From positions 2,976,001-3,040,000 of the forward strand of contig CAKKNE010000001.1 of NCBI GenBank assembly GCA_918797485.1: a stretch of DNA of 64,000 bases, given 5' to 3'. The translations under genes and the position numbers were made by a program. The DNA is from Pelagomonas calceolata (lineage: Eukaryota). This document shows, piece by piece, positions 20,301 through 28,800 of the stretch. How positions within the stretch are numbered: position 1 is the first letter of the stretch; every line of letters starts with the position of its first letter. Below the pieces are notes generated by a model. That model saw only the letters and a list, made by a program, of their open reading frames with translations. It was not told the origin of the DNA and ran no database searches.

Positions 20301-22448
20301 AGCAGCGACGCGTCGATGGGCCGCCGCCGCCGGAGCGGGCCGGTGTCCTACGCCGAGCCGTCGCTCAAGGCCCGGCTGCGCCGGTCGTCCGCGGGCTCCG
20401 TCTGCGAGATGGCGCCGAGGCCCACGCGGCGATCCGCGCCCACGTCGGACGCCGGCGCCGCGCCGGCCTCCTGGAGCGACGACGACGACGACGACGACGA
20501 CGCGCCGGCGCCGGCCGCGAGCGACGACGACGCCGCGCCGGCGTCTACGAGCGACCAAGACGCGGCTGCGCCGGCGGCCATGAGCGACGACGACGTCGCG
20601 AGTGACGACGCGCCGCCGCCGCCGGCGAGTCCCGACGCCGCCGACGACGAGGAGGAAGCCGAGGAGGCGCCGGCGCCGAAAAAGAAGCGCGGACGGCCGC
20701 GAAAATCGCCCGCTGCCGCCGAGGACGACGACGCGCCCGCGCCGGTTGTATTGAAGGCGCCGCCGATGCCGCCCGCGGCCTTACCGCCGTCGCCCCAGAC
20801 GCCGCGCCGGCCCTGCCCCGCCTGGGACGAGCGCGGCTGGGACGCGTTACTAGCCACGCCCCCACCGGACCGCTGGCGCGGCGACGCGGCCCTCGCGCCC
20901 TTCGTCGAGGCGCCCGCCGCCCCGGGCGTGCCGGAGAAGAAGGCCACGTCAAGCCCGTCGAAGCGCCGCGGCGCCGCCGACGCGGAGGAGGCCGACAGTT
21001 CTATTGCGGCGCGCGTCTTCGATGCCGCGTACCACAACATGGGCAACAACTTCGGGGCCCTGTACTCGCGTTTACTCAAGCCGCGGGGCTGGACCTACGC
21101 TACGACTGCGAATCGCACGGGCGGTCTATATACGGCTCCGGGTGCCAAAGGTCTATCCGAGAAGATTGCGGGCACGCACACGTTCGAGTCCGCGGACGAG
21201 GTCCTGAAGTTTGTGAGAGAGGACCCGTCGATGGCGAAGGAGCTGCGCAGATTGGCCGGAGACGATGCTTCTGGTGGCGGTTCGGTTTTCAAACCGTCTA
21301 CCGTTTCTCTGTGGCGCAGCGCTACCACTCCCCAGACCACCAAGGGCTTCGTGTCTACGTTCTTTACGACGAAATCAAAAGAAAAACGCGGCGGCAAGCG
21401 CAAGGGCTACGATGGCCACGGGCGAAGGCCGGGGAAACGAAGTCGGAGGCTCGACGCGAGGGACGCGCGCCTGCGCGGCGAGGAAGAGCGCCGAAGGGCC
21501 GAGCGGCAGGCCGCGTCGGAACTCGTTCTTCCTTCAGTGGCGGAGGCCCTCAAGTACAAGGATCCGACGACGCTCAAGCTCAGTCAACACTTCGTGAAGG
21601 ACCAGCGGCGCCAGTTCGGGTCCTGGCTCTGTAAGTTATTAGGGGGCGGCGTGTCGCTGATGCTGCAGGGGTTCGGGTCGAAATTTGAGTTGCTCGAGGC
21701 GTTCACCGATGAGGTGTTGAGGGAGGAGGGCGAGGTCGTGGTCATTAAGGGATTTGACGACGCCGACCTAAGGTTGGAGCTCATCAGGGCGGCGTCGTCG
21801 CTGAAGTTAAGATTAGCGCCGTTACCGAACGAAGAGCGGGGCTCGACCGTAGCCATAGCGAAGCGCTTCGCGGCGGCCTGTGCCAAGGCTCAAAGAGATG
21901 TATTTGTAGTGGTCCACTCCGTCGATGCCAAAAGACTGCGGTCCCAGGACTGCCAGGCGGCGTTGGCCGCCTTGAATGCGTCGCACAGTTACCTCGTGGC
22001 GTCGGCGGACCACGTGAACGCGCCTTTATTATGGAACGCTACTACGTGGCGCGCGGCCAATTTCTGTTCGGAAGATGCTACCACTTTCTCACCTTACGAC
22101 CGCGAGGCGGGCCGGTGGGACCCCTTCGACCGGACGAGTAACGCGAAGAGCCAACAAAAATTGCTCGATACTTCTGGATTGGTCTATGTTTTGCAATCGC
22201 TCACGCCGCGCCACGTCGAGTTACTTCGATTACTAGCGACCGCCCAGCAGGAGTCGAACGAGGGCATGCTCTTCAAGACCTTACAGTCGCAGTGCCGCTA
22301 CAAGATGATCGCGCACACCGAGGACCAGGTCCATTCCTATCTGGTGGAGCTCACGGACCACGGCCTCTGCCGCAAGGAGGTGCGGTCGGGCTCGACGTAC
22401 GTCGCCGTCGAGCCAGGCTACGTCGAGGCGATCCTCGCGGCGACCTAG
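17316..22448 (+). CDS. ORC2: ORC2 (origin recognition complex subunit 2) with very long repeat-containing N-terminal extension
   Basis: C-terminal ~290 aa: LMLQGFGSKFELLEAF, VVVHSVD..LR, LVASADHVNAPLLWN, DATTFSPY..E, VLQSLTP, LVELTDHGL. Single uninterrupted 1710-aa frame. Confidence 0.85.
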   Translation: MAHARPPRRSSVGVPLDQLTEFWQVWDCLRDCGWTQVRVGGDPRFVRPGCASGYGQEGFEWFGDDEAVQDHVRDHCIDGRERTGALEWWELWDALRDQGWKRHRSGKLLAPGGSIEGREGAQWFAAPDDVVAFRKRPPTKTKDISEAWRALEALGWKEDARGPHGRKEARYLRPGGVSARRGGIEGQDFFRSREDAVEYAAKHVQEDDDELRVAPASPQIPLTQESPDDPASPRRMSCPIEALGLGDTPRWPVFRNSPIPFDENYGEDGPQQRRLPRREPPVTEEDDDWASLWKDLKRVGWSRAAPSGLETERFLRPGAEHCRALEHKRHFFTSRTEVRDFVRSRRVDCDELTGHVDEDGPSSSDDDVPQAVESPESSDSPVPQRDTPLWRRAPSEIWKTLRDHGWTYKTGDLEYPWHYLRPGARRKGGILGIDYFGSEEQVREFVERKKIDLVTTFGHVDEDAQAAPAEKGTRRQQALKAPSPDQAGYAPSWRGPWAQSWAQLRELGWEWRYGPAGATRWVRPGGIDDESKNVRRDARSGAEFFEGEDAVLRFCREWQVGWQGRTGHVSEQMLMGRARAPRKSQGSAQKGRRRKAPERLADKAQEKKKPKKIEKAKARAAAKRGAVTAVVKRRASDDGVSPSLKPLYKLPLQAMWQRLRADHGWRDARGDNLRPWFYVRPGVSEKRSEWREGRDYFATQEDLRAWCVDHRIDGVERSGSLNEVLESSKPKLVDLRGADLWQRLREVGWIKRASTDASKPPWRFFRPGADVLEVPPTRDHFFCSLEDVADFVVSRAIDGVERKGHVDEVYEAAKPRKRGRKKSPPPPPPPPEDDDDDDGGDAPSAGGPRGRGGGPRGGGGGSRPRRGGGGGGKPPPRKRGRGGGGPRAGSNEDGDAPDRGGCAVAAAAPRRFGRELTNGSAGGAPPSTPMSDDDDDDALRVEPPSPSAPLLTQAAAAVPMSDDDDDDDDALRVAPPSPSAPLLTQEAAAEPLSRSSSDASMGRRRRSGPVSYAEPSLKARLRRSSAGSVCEMAPRPTRRSAPTSDAGAAPASWSDDDDDDDDAPAPAASDDDAAPASTSDQDAAAPAAMSDDDVASDDAPPPPASPDAADDEEEAEEAPAPKKKRGRPRKSPAAAEDDDAPAPVVLKAPPMPPAALPPSPQTPRRPCPAWDERGWDALLATPPPDRWRGDAALAPFVEAPAAPGVPEKKATSSPSKRRGAADAEEADSSIAARVFDAAYHNMGNNFGALYSRLLKPRGWTYATTANRTGGLYTAPGAKGLSEKIAGTHTFESADEVLKFVREDPSMAKELRRLAGDDASGGGSVFKPSTVSLWRSATTPQTTKGFVSTFFTTKSKEKRGGKRKGYDGHGRRPGKRSRRLDARDARLRGEEERRRAERQAASELVLPSVAEALKYKDPTTLKLSQHFVKDQRRQFGSWLCKLLGGGVSLMLQGFGSKFELLEAFTDEVLREEGEVVVIKGFDDADLRLELIRAASSLKLRLAPLPNEERGSTVAIAKRFAAACAKAQRDVFVVVHSVDAKRLRSQDCQAALAALNASHSYLVASADHVNAPLLWNATTWRAANFCSEDATTFSPYDREAGRWDPFDRTSNAKSQQKLLDTSGLVYVLQSLTPRHVELLRLLATAQQESNEGMLFKTLQSQCRYKMIAHTEDQVHSYLVELTDHGLCRKEVRSGSTYVAVEPGYVEAILAAT

Positions 22449-22972
22449 GTTTCCTCTCCCCCTTTAAGTAAGTTACCACTATCTTATAGTTGTGGGGACA
22501 TCTGGCTCAGCGCCCGTGATCATTTCGTTCGCGCTTCTTCGCGACGCTCGCATCCGTGTGTTGTGGCACACCCTCATAGCGCGCCGAGTCCCTCGGGTCG
22601 GGGCCGCGGCGGCCAGGGTTGCGTCTCACGAGAGGCGACGCGGTCGCGGCGCGGGGACGGGGACCGCCGAGGCCGCTCGCGTCGCTCCCTGCTGGACGCC
22701 CGCCGTCGACGGAGTCCCGGCGTCCCCCGGTCCCCGGATTCGCCCGGTCTCTGGCTTTGCCACGGGCGCGGCGCCCCCGCGGCTGAAATCGCCGTTTTTG
22801 CAATTCCGCCCGTCAGGAAACGTAGAAGACCACTACAGGAGTCGTGGCATACGCCACACGGCTCGCTATTTGCGTGCGGGGGGCCCTCTGGCTCACATTG
22901 AGTGTTTGATCGAGGCTGATTTGCGGCGCGCGAGGCGGCCCTGACAGCCGAGCAGCCACTTTTTCCGTCGAT

Positions 22973-23576
22973 ATGTTGAGGGTTGCTTGCTTCGCGGCGC
23001 TGGCCGCGAGCGCGAGCGCGCTCGTCGCGCCCCAAGCGCGAGGCGCCGCTGCTTTGTCCAGCCGGCTTGCGCCGCTGGAGGTCCAAAAAGGATCCATCGT
23101 GCGCGTCATGCGGCCCGAGTCGTGCGCCGCCGCGTCCGAAACGTTACGCTGCGTGCTGCGTCGCCGTGGGTCTACTCGGCTGGCCTCCTTCCGGCGGCGG
23201 GACCGCCGACGCCCGGCCGGCCGCCACGCCGTCTGCGCGGACGGAGCGACGCCGGCGCGCTGGCGCGGGGGCCGATCGGAGGCCGCCGCCGCCTCGTCGT
23301 CCGCGAGAGCTCGCCGGAGGCCCGTCGACCGCGAGAGCGCGCCGCGCGCCGCGCGCGACCCGCCCCCCCCCCCGCAGGTACTGGGCGAACGAGCTGGGCA
23401 CCGTCGCGTCGGTGGACCAGTCGAACGTGCGATACGGCGTGACCGTGCGCTTCGAGAAGGTGAACTACCAGGGCGTCAACTCGAACAACTACGCCGTCGA
23501 CGAGCTCATCGAGGTAGAGGCGCCGAAGGCCAAGGCCAAGGCCAAGGCCAAGGCCAAAGCGAAGGCGAAGGCCTAG
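22973..23576 (+). CDS. psaE: Nucleus-encoded photosystem I subunit IV (PsaE), 2 exons: 22973-23121 and 23378-23576
   Basis: Signal peptide ASASA-L; splicing a GT-AG intron (23122-23377) gives [57 protein letters not shown], the PsaE core. Confidence 0.93.
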
Positions 23577-23689
23577 GGTGGCGCCACAAAAATTTGGCGG
23601 CGGCGGTCGCCGGACGTGTAAAACTTGGTTAGAAAACTCGGTATTAGTCTTAACACACACATTTAGATTAGGAGCTCGCCGCGACCGCG

Positions 23690-23938
23690 TCAGTCCTCGG
23701 CCGCAGCAGCTGCTCTTTCCGCCTGCCGCCGCGCTCGCGCCGCGTCGAACGCGCGCGCCTTTCTCAAATTCTCGCGCCGCTTCTCGTCCTTCTCGGCCTT
23801 GAAGCAGGCGTCCATCGCGGCCTTCTGGTCGTTGCAGGCGCCCCAGAACTTGCCGTAGACGTTCGCGTCGTGGCACTCGACGAGCGCGTCGACGAGCGCC
23901 GCGCACTTCGGGTGCGGCCGGTAGAGCGGCGGGTGCAT
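23690..23938 (-). CDS. CMC2: Cmc2-like twin CX9C mitochondrial COX assembly protein
   Basis: MHPPL..HPKC AALVDALVE CH....KFWGAC NDQKAAMDA C: two CX9C motifs. Confidence 0.85.
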   Translation of the reverse strand: MHPPLYRPHPKCAALVDALVECHDANVYGKFWGACNDQKAAMDACFKAEKDEKRRENLRKARAFDAARARRQAERAAAAAED

Positions 23939-24388
23939 GGGTTCGGCGGTGCTGTCGGTCTTCTTTTCGTGGCTGGCGTTCGAATCCCACGCGCCGGCGA
24001 TGGCGTTCACAGAGGTGGCACTCTGTGAGCTGGTGTGTCTGCTCTCCTATGAGTGCTCTGCCAGGGCACACACTTGCAGTTTCCCTTAGTTAGGAGTGCA
24101 GTGCTGCTGCAGGAGCCAATGTGTAGAGTTTGGAGCCACACCGTGAGCGCCCACGTAGATTTTTAGCCTCGAGAACTAGCGTAATGACGCACTAGCGAGG
24201 CCGTCGACCGCGGCCGCGGCGCGGGCGGGCTTGCAAGCTTTTGTTGCAATCGCGAGTTCGAATTGGAACTGCTGCGGCTGTGATCGGTTTACTGCCGAGC
24301 GATGCGGGGCAGCTGAACGAAGGGCTGCCCAAAAGCCGATCCCCACCCTATTCGTCTGCACACGTCCCGTCGGCGTACAACTGGTCAC

Positions 24389-25348
24389 ATGGCTGCCCTC
24401 GGCGAACTGCGACGGCGGGGCAGCCATCAAAAGCGTAAACCGTCCGCGAGGCGCCTCCGGGCGCCGCTCGCGGCGCTCGCGGCCATTGCCGCGATAGTAT
24501 ACGTCGCGAAGCGCCCGGCGCCTTCGAGCCCGTTCCACCGCCCGCGCACGGACGAGGAGAAGGCCCAGGAGAGGAAGAAGCTCGCGCGCCACCCCCTCTT
24601 CGCGTTCAAGAGGCGCACGGAGCTCTGGGAGCGGTGGCCCGACGGGACGCTGGGGATGGTCGTCTCGGCCTACCGCGACGACCTCGCTTGGCTGAGGAAC
24701 GTCGAGGCGATCGGGATCAGAACCCACGTCTACGGGCGGCCCGGGGCCGAGGCACCGAACGCCAACGACCAGCTCCCGGTCAACCGCGGCGACGAGGCCG
24801 CCGCGTACTTTAGGTACTTGGTGGACCACTACGACGATTTACCGGAGTACGTCATGTTCGTGCACGGCCACGAGTACGCCTACCACGCGCCGACGAGCAT
24901 GGCCACGACGTGCCGCCTGGACGTCCCGGCGGCCGTCGAGGCGATGGGCGGCTTCGCGTCGCTCAACCACGACAAGCGGGGGCGGACGGTGCGGAAGTAC
25001 GCCGACCGCCTCATGCCGGCGCCGTGGAGCCCCGCCTTCCTGGCGCGGGCCCTCGCCGAGTTGTATGGAACCGCCGAACAACCACCAGTATCGACGCCCA
25101 CCAAGCTCGCGTTCCCGGCGTCGGCGCAGTTCGCCGCATCACGAAATGCTATTCGCACGCGGCCGCGCGCCTTCTACGCGCGCGCCTACAACCTCTCCAC
25201 GGCGGCGACGCCCGAGACCTGCCGCGGCCGCACGTGCGGCGGCTACTTCTTCGAGCAGCAGTACCACTACATCTTCGGGCGCGCGTGGGATTTTGATGAC
25301 GGCGTCCGCGTGGACTACGCGCGCTGGAAGGTCCGTATCGAGTCCTAG
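24389..25348 (+). CDS. DUF3431-family type II membrane protein
   Basis: N-terminal anchor; VVSAYRDDLAWL, NRGDEAAAYFRYLVDHYDDLPEYVMFVHGH, AQFAASRNAIRTRPRAFY, FEQQYHYIFG. Confidence 0.8.
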   Translation: MAALGELRRRGSHQKRKPSARRLRAPLAALAAIAAIVYVAKRPAPSSPFHRPRTDEEKAQERKKLARHPLFAFKRRTELWERWPDGTLGMVVSAYRDDLAWLRNVEAIGIRTHVYGRPGAEAPNANDQLPVNRGDEAAAYFRYLVDHYDDLPEYVMFVHGHEYAYHAPTSMATTCRLDVPAAVEAMGGFASLNHDKRGRTVRKYADRLMPAPWSPAFLARALAELYGTAEQPPVSTPTKLAFPASAQFAASRNAIRTRPRAFYARAYNLSTAATPETCRGRTCGGYFFEQQYHYIFGRAWDFDDGVRVDYARWKVRIES

Positions 25349-25561
25349 CGAGGAAGCCGTCCTTAGACTGTTTGTGTTTTGAGGCCTGCCCCAGGGTGGG
25401 TAATAGCTATAGTCAATTCGCGACGAGGCCGCCTCGGCAACCCCCCCCGAACAATGTGCAACGTTCGCCCGTTCCATCAACTTGTCCCGCGACTTCCCGC
25501 AGGCGACCTTGGACCGCGGCGACGCGTTCGGCACCGTACACTCCAACACAACAACGTCGGA

Positions 25562-25613
25562 TTGTCCGAGAGCTAGCGATGATAGATACTAGCAAGCTCT
25601 GCCTGTGGACAAC
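25562..25613 (+). repeat. 52-bp perfect direct repeat, copy 1 (copy 2 at 26980-27031)
   Basis: ttgtccgagagctagcgatgatagatactagcaagctctgcctgtggacaac is identical at both sites, each ~80-100 bp upstream of an ATG. Confidence 0.9.
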
Positions 25614-25694
25614 AACGGACCCCCCGGCAAGCTGGGCAAGCGCCCCAATACCCGAGTAGCTAGGTAAAAGGAGGCTGCCCCCGCCGGCGGATTG

Positions 25695-26738
25695 ATGGGC
25701 CGCTGGCTCGCCCTCGCGGCGGCGGCGGCCGCCTGGCCGCTGCGCGGCGACACCCGCCGGCGGCGCCTCGAGGACGAGTACGACGCCTACGTCAGGGAGC
25801 ACGGCGACGACCTGGCGCCGAAGGCGGGCTACTACGGCCTGCGGCGCGTCGCGGACATGGGCTACCTCGAGGTCGCGCGGCGCCTCTTCGACGGGGCGGG
25901 CGCGACCTGCATGCTGAGCGGCGGCGGCCCGGTGCCGTACTTCCAGTCGTGCACGGGCTGCGCGCTCGCGGACGCGCTCCAGTGCGTGGCCGACATGCGC
26001 GCGAACGTGAGCCTGAACGTGCCCGTGGGCTGCGACCTCGGCGCCGTCGCAAGCCAGCCGGACCGGGGCACGGCGTACTCCGAGCCGTGGATCGAGGACT
26101 CCTTCCAGCAGACGTGGCCCCACGCGCGCCGCGACCCGGAGACGCTCCTGGACGGCGAGGACCCCGTCATCCGGCGGTACCCGCGCGAGGACGTCGACGG
26201 CACCGAATACAGGTACCGCGCGGCCACGTCGCCCCAGGCGGGCGTGTTCCAGGGGGCCGCGCACGTCGCACTGCCCGGCGCGCAGCCGTACCAGGACGCC
26301 ACGCAGCAGGAGGAGGCCAACCTCCTGCTCGCCGCGGAGTACGAACGCCAGCGGGACAACCGGCGGTGCTGCGCGCGGAAACGCCAGTACAACACGTACG
26401 CGTACCCGGACGCGTTCGCGTGCCTCGAGGCCACGGGCTGCCGGAACACCAAGGTCTACGTGGAGCTCAAGGACGAGTGCGAGATGGCCTGCAAATGCCC
26501 CAAGGACCTGAAAACGAACAAGGCGTTCCGCAACCCGACCCTCGCCTCCCAGCCCGGGCGAACCCAGGACGAGATCGACCGCGAGGAGGGAATGGAGTAC
26601 GATTCGTGCGGCGGCGCCTTTTCGGTCTGGACAAAGGCCTGCCAACCCCCAGAAGAGAAAGGGGCCGGGGCGGGCCTCGCGCCGGGCCTCGCGGCGGGCC
26701 TCGCTGCGGCGGTCGCGTCCGTAAGCGTCTACTACTGA
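25695..26738 (+). CDS. Secreted Cys-rich protein with hydrophobic C-terminus (TM/GPI-like), unknown function
   Basis: Signal peptide, RRRRL motif, many Cys, C-terminal LAAGLAAAVASVSVYY. Confidence 0.6.
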   Translation: MGRWLALAAAAAAWPLRGDTRRRRLEDEYDAYVREHGDDLAPKAGYYGLRRVADMGYLEVARRLFDGAGATCMLSGGGPVPYFQSCTGCALADALQCVADMRANVSLNVPVGCDLGAVASQPDRGTAYSEPWIEDSFQQTWPHARRDPETLLDGEDPVIRRYPREDVDGTEYRYRAATSPQAGVFQGAAHVALPGAQPYQDATQQEEANLLLAAEYERQRDNRRCCARKRQYNTYAYPDAFACLEATGCRNTKVYVELKDECEMACKCPKDLKTNKAFRNPTLASQPGRTQDEIDREEGMEYDSCGGAFSVWTKACQPPEEKGAGAGLAPGLAAGLAAAVASVSVYY

Positions 26739-26979
26739 CTCGTTTTCCACGGAACCCCCGCCCGTGTGGTTCAGGCTCAGGCTAGTTACGTCGCAGGGTC
26801 CCCCGTACCCCTCCCGCTCCCCCCGGGCCCACCCGTAATGATATTGTTACGGTCGGGCCCACCACGATATTGTTACGGTGCTAGGACTAGTGGGCGGAGC
26901 CCCTGCCCAGGGCTGGGGGGGGAGACACCGCGCGTCGCCGATTCATCGGCGGCGGGCGCGAGCCGCTTCTTTCATAACC

Positions 26980-27031
26980 TTGTCCGAGAGCTAGCGATGA
27001 TAGATACTAGCAAGCTCTGCCTGTGGACAAC
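26980..27031 (+). repeat. 52-bp perfect direct repeat, copy 2
   Basis: Identical to 25562-25613. Confidence 0.9.
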
Positions 27032-27122
27032 GGGTGTATTAATTTTGCGCTAGAAACTAACCACGGGTGTATTTGCGCTAGCTCCGTCGCTTCCCTAAAA
27101 AGAACAAACCTCACAAGTCGGC

Positions 27123-28393
27123 ATGGCCGGAGCAATGGGGCTGCCCGCCCGTCGCCTCGCGTGCGCGGGCGTGCTCGCGGCTCTGGTGGCGGCCGTGGCA
27201 TGGTGGCACCCGGCGCGGCGCGGCGGCGCGCGCCCGCGGCCCCGGGACGGCGGCCCCGCGTCGGCCGCGCTGGCGCCCGAGAACCTCCGGCGGTGGGTGT
27301 CGCCGCAGCGCGGCGCGCGCGCGTGGACCGCCGTGGCGACGCACGGGCGCACCACGGGCTACCGCGCGGCGGCCAGCGAGCTCGTCTGGCTCGACGGCCA
27401 ACGGCGCGGCAAGATCTGCGCGACGGCCGAACTGCCCGACGTCGAGGCCGCGGCGCGGGCCTGGACGGGCTACGCGCGGCGCGCGTGGCGGCCCGGCGGC
27501 GCGCCGGCGCCCGAGCCGACGCCCGACGAGCGGCGCGCGCTGTCGCACTTCCACGTCGCCAATCGCACGGAGGCGATCGAGCCGCTCCACGGCGTCGCGC
27601 GGCACCCGTTCGCCCGCGTCGGCTGCGCGCACTCCGCCGCGCACGCGCACGACGCCGGCCTCTTCGACATCACGTACCTGGTGATCCACAACGCGTGCGG
27701 GCGGCCGGGCCCGAAGCCGCGCACGCTCCTCTTCGACATGGGCGCGTCGGTGGGCTTCGCGGGCGTCCCGGGGGGCGTTTACGCGACGCTGCCGACCGAC
27801 GGCGGCGGGCTCGCGCCGTCGCTGCCGCTCTTCTACCGCATCTACGCGGACCGCTGCCTCGAGCCGGACGAGGTCTACGCGTGGGAGCCGAACCCGCGCG
27901 TCCGGGGCGCGGACTGGTGGGGCGAGCTCCCGGCCCGCCTCCGCGCGAAGGTCCGCTTCTACAACGATATTGTTGATGAGGGCGAGATCGAGCAGGCGGA
28001 GGGCAGCGCATAAATCATGCGTCGCGGCGCTTTCCGCCCACAGCAGACTCATGGTCGATTCGCGCGCAGGCGGAGGGCCCAAAGGGCGCGCACCCCGCCC
28101 AGTCGTTCCTCGAGATCCTCGAGAGCGTGGCCAGGGCGTCGCCGGAGGACTTCGTCGTCGTCAAGGTAGACATCGACACGCCGGCCGCCGAGCTCACCAT
28201 CATGGAGGCCATCGCCGACCGCCCCGAGATCGCCGCGCTCGTCGACGAGATCTTCTTCGAGTACCACTTCTACTTCGACGGGATGGACTTCGGCTGGGGG
28301 AGCCGGGCGGCGTACGAGGCCGACGTCGACACGGCGGTTGGCCTCATGCACCGCCTCCGGACCCTCGGCGTGAGGGCACACTTCTGGATCTGA
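27123..28393 (+). CDS. FkbM-like SAM-dependent methyltransferase, type II membrane; 2 exons 27123-27995 and 28070-28393
   Basis: LLFDMGAS, VYAWEPNP, DFVVVKVDID, LVDEIFFEYH; a GC-AG intron at 27996-28069 joins the two ORFs in frame. Confidence 0.75.
27996..28069 (+). mobile_element. Introner-like GC-AG intron flanked by a 13-bp direct repeat
   Basis: gcaggcggagggc at 27992-28004 and 28066-28078; removal restores the frame. Confidence 0.55.
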
Positions 28394-28449
28394 GTTCCTC
28401 CTCGCCCGCCGCCGATGGAAAAAGTCAGAATCGGAATGACTGACTCGGC

Positions 28450-28560
28450 TTTTTTTTTTTTCTGTCGCGAGGTTGAGGTTAGGACTCGGTCCGAGTAAGG
28501 GTTAGGATTATGATTAGACTAGGGTTAGGGTTAGGGTTGGGCGAGAGTCGGGTTAGAGCG
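28450..28560 (+). repeat. T12 tract followed by degenerate interstitial TTAGGG telomere-like repeats
   Basis: TAGGG TTAGGG TTAGGG TTGGG at 28520-28541, plus TTAGGA/TAAGGG/TTAGAG variants nearby. Confidence 0.6.
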
Positions 28561-28800
28561 GGTCCGAAACTTGAATGGTCCTAGTGTCGGCGGCAGTTTC
28601 GCGGCAACGTGCCAGTGGGCTCGGATGGCTTTGAAAAGGTGCTCATCGTCGCGGGGAGTGAGAGAAACGATCTTAGACGTGGCGAAACTGCGAGCGGCGA
28701 AGAAAAGTACGAAGAACAGCGTTCTGACGAGCGGCGCAAAACAGCTTAAATGCTAGTGGCGCAAAACTCACTAGGAGTGGTGTGACCCGTACCTTTAACG

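Noticed and set aside
22973..23632. 219-aa ORF as a single-exon gene
   Set aside because: It reads through the PsaE intron; the spliced model restores the conserved RPESYW
27996..28126. Stop-codon readthrough, selenocysteine or frameshift in the FkbM-like gene
   Set aside because: The stop is TAA rather than TGA, and a GC-AG intron explains the frame change
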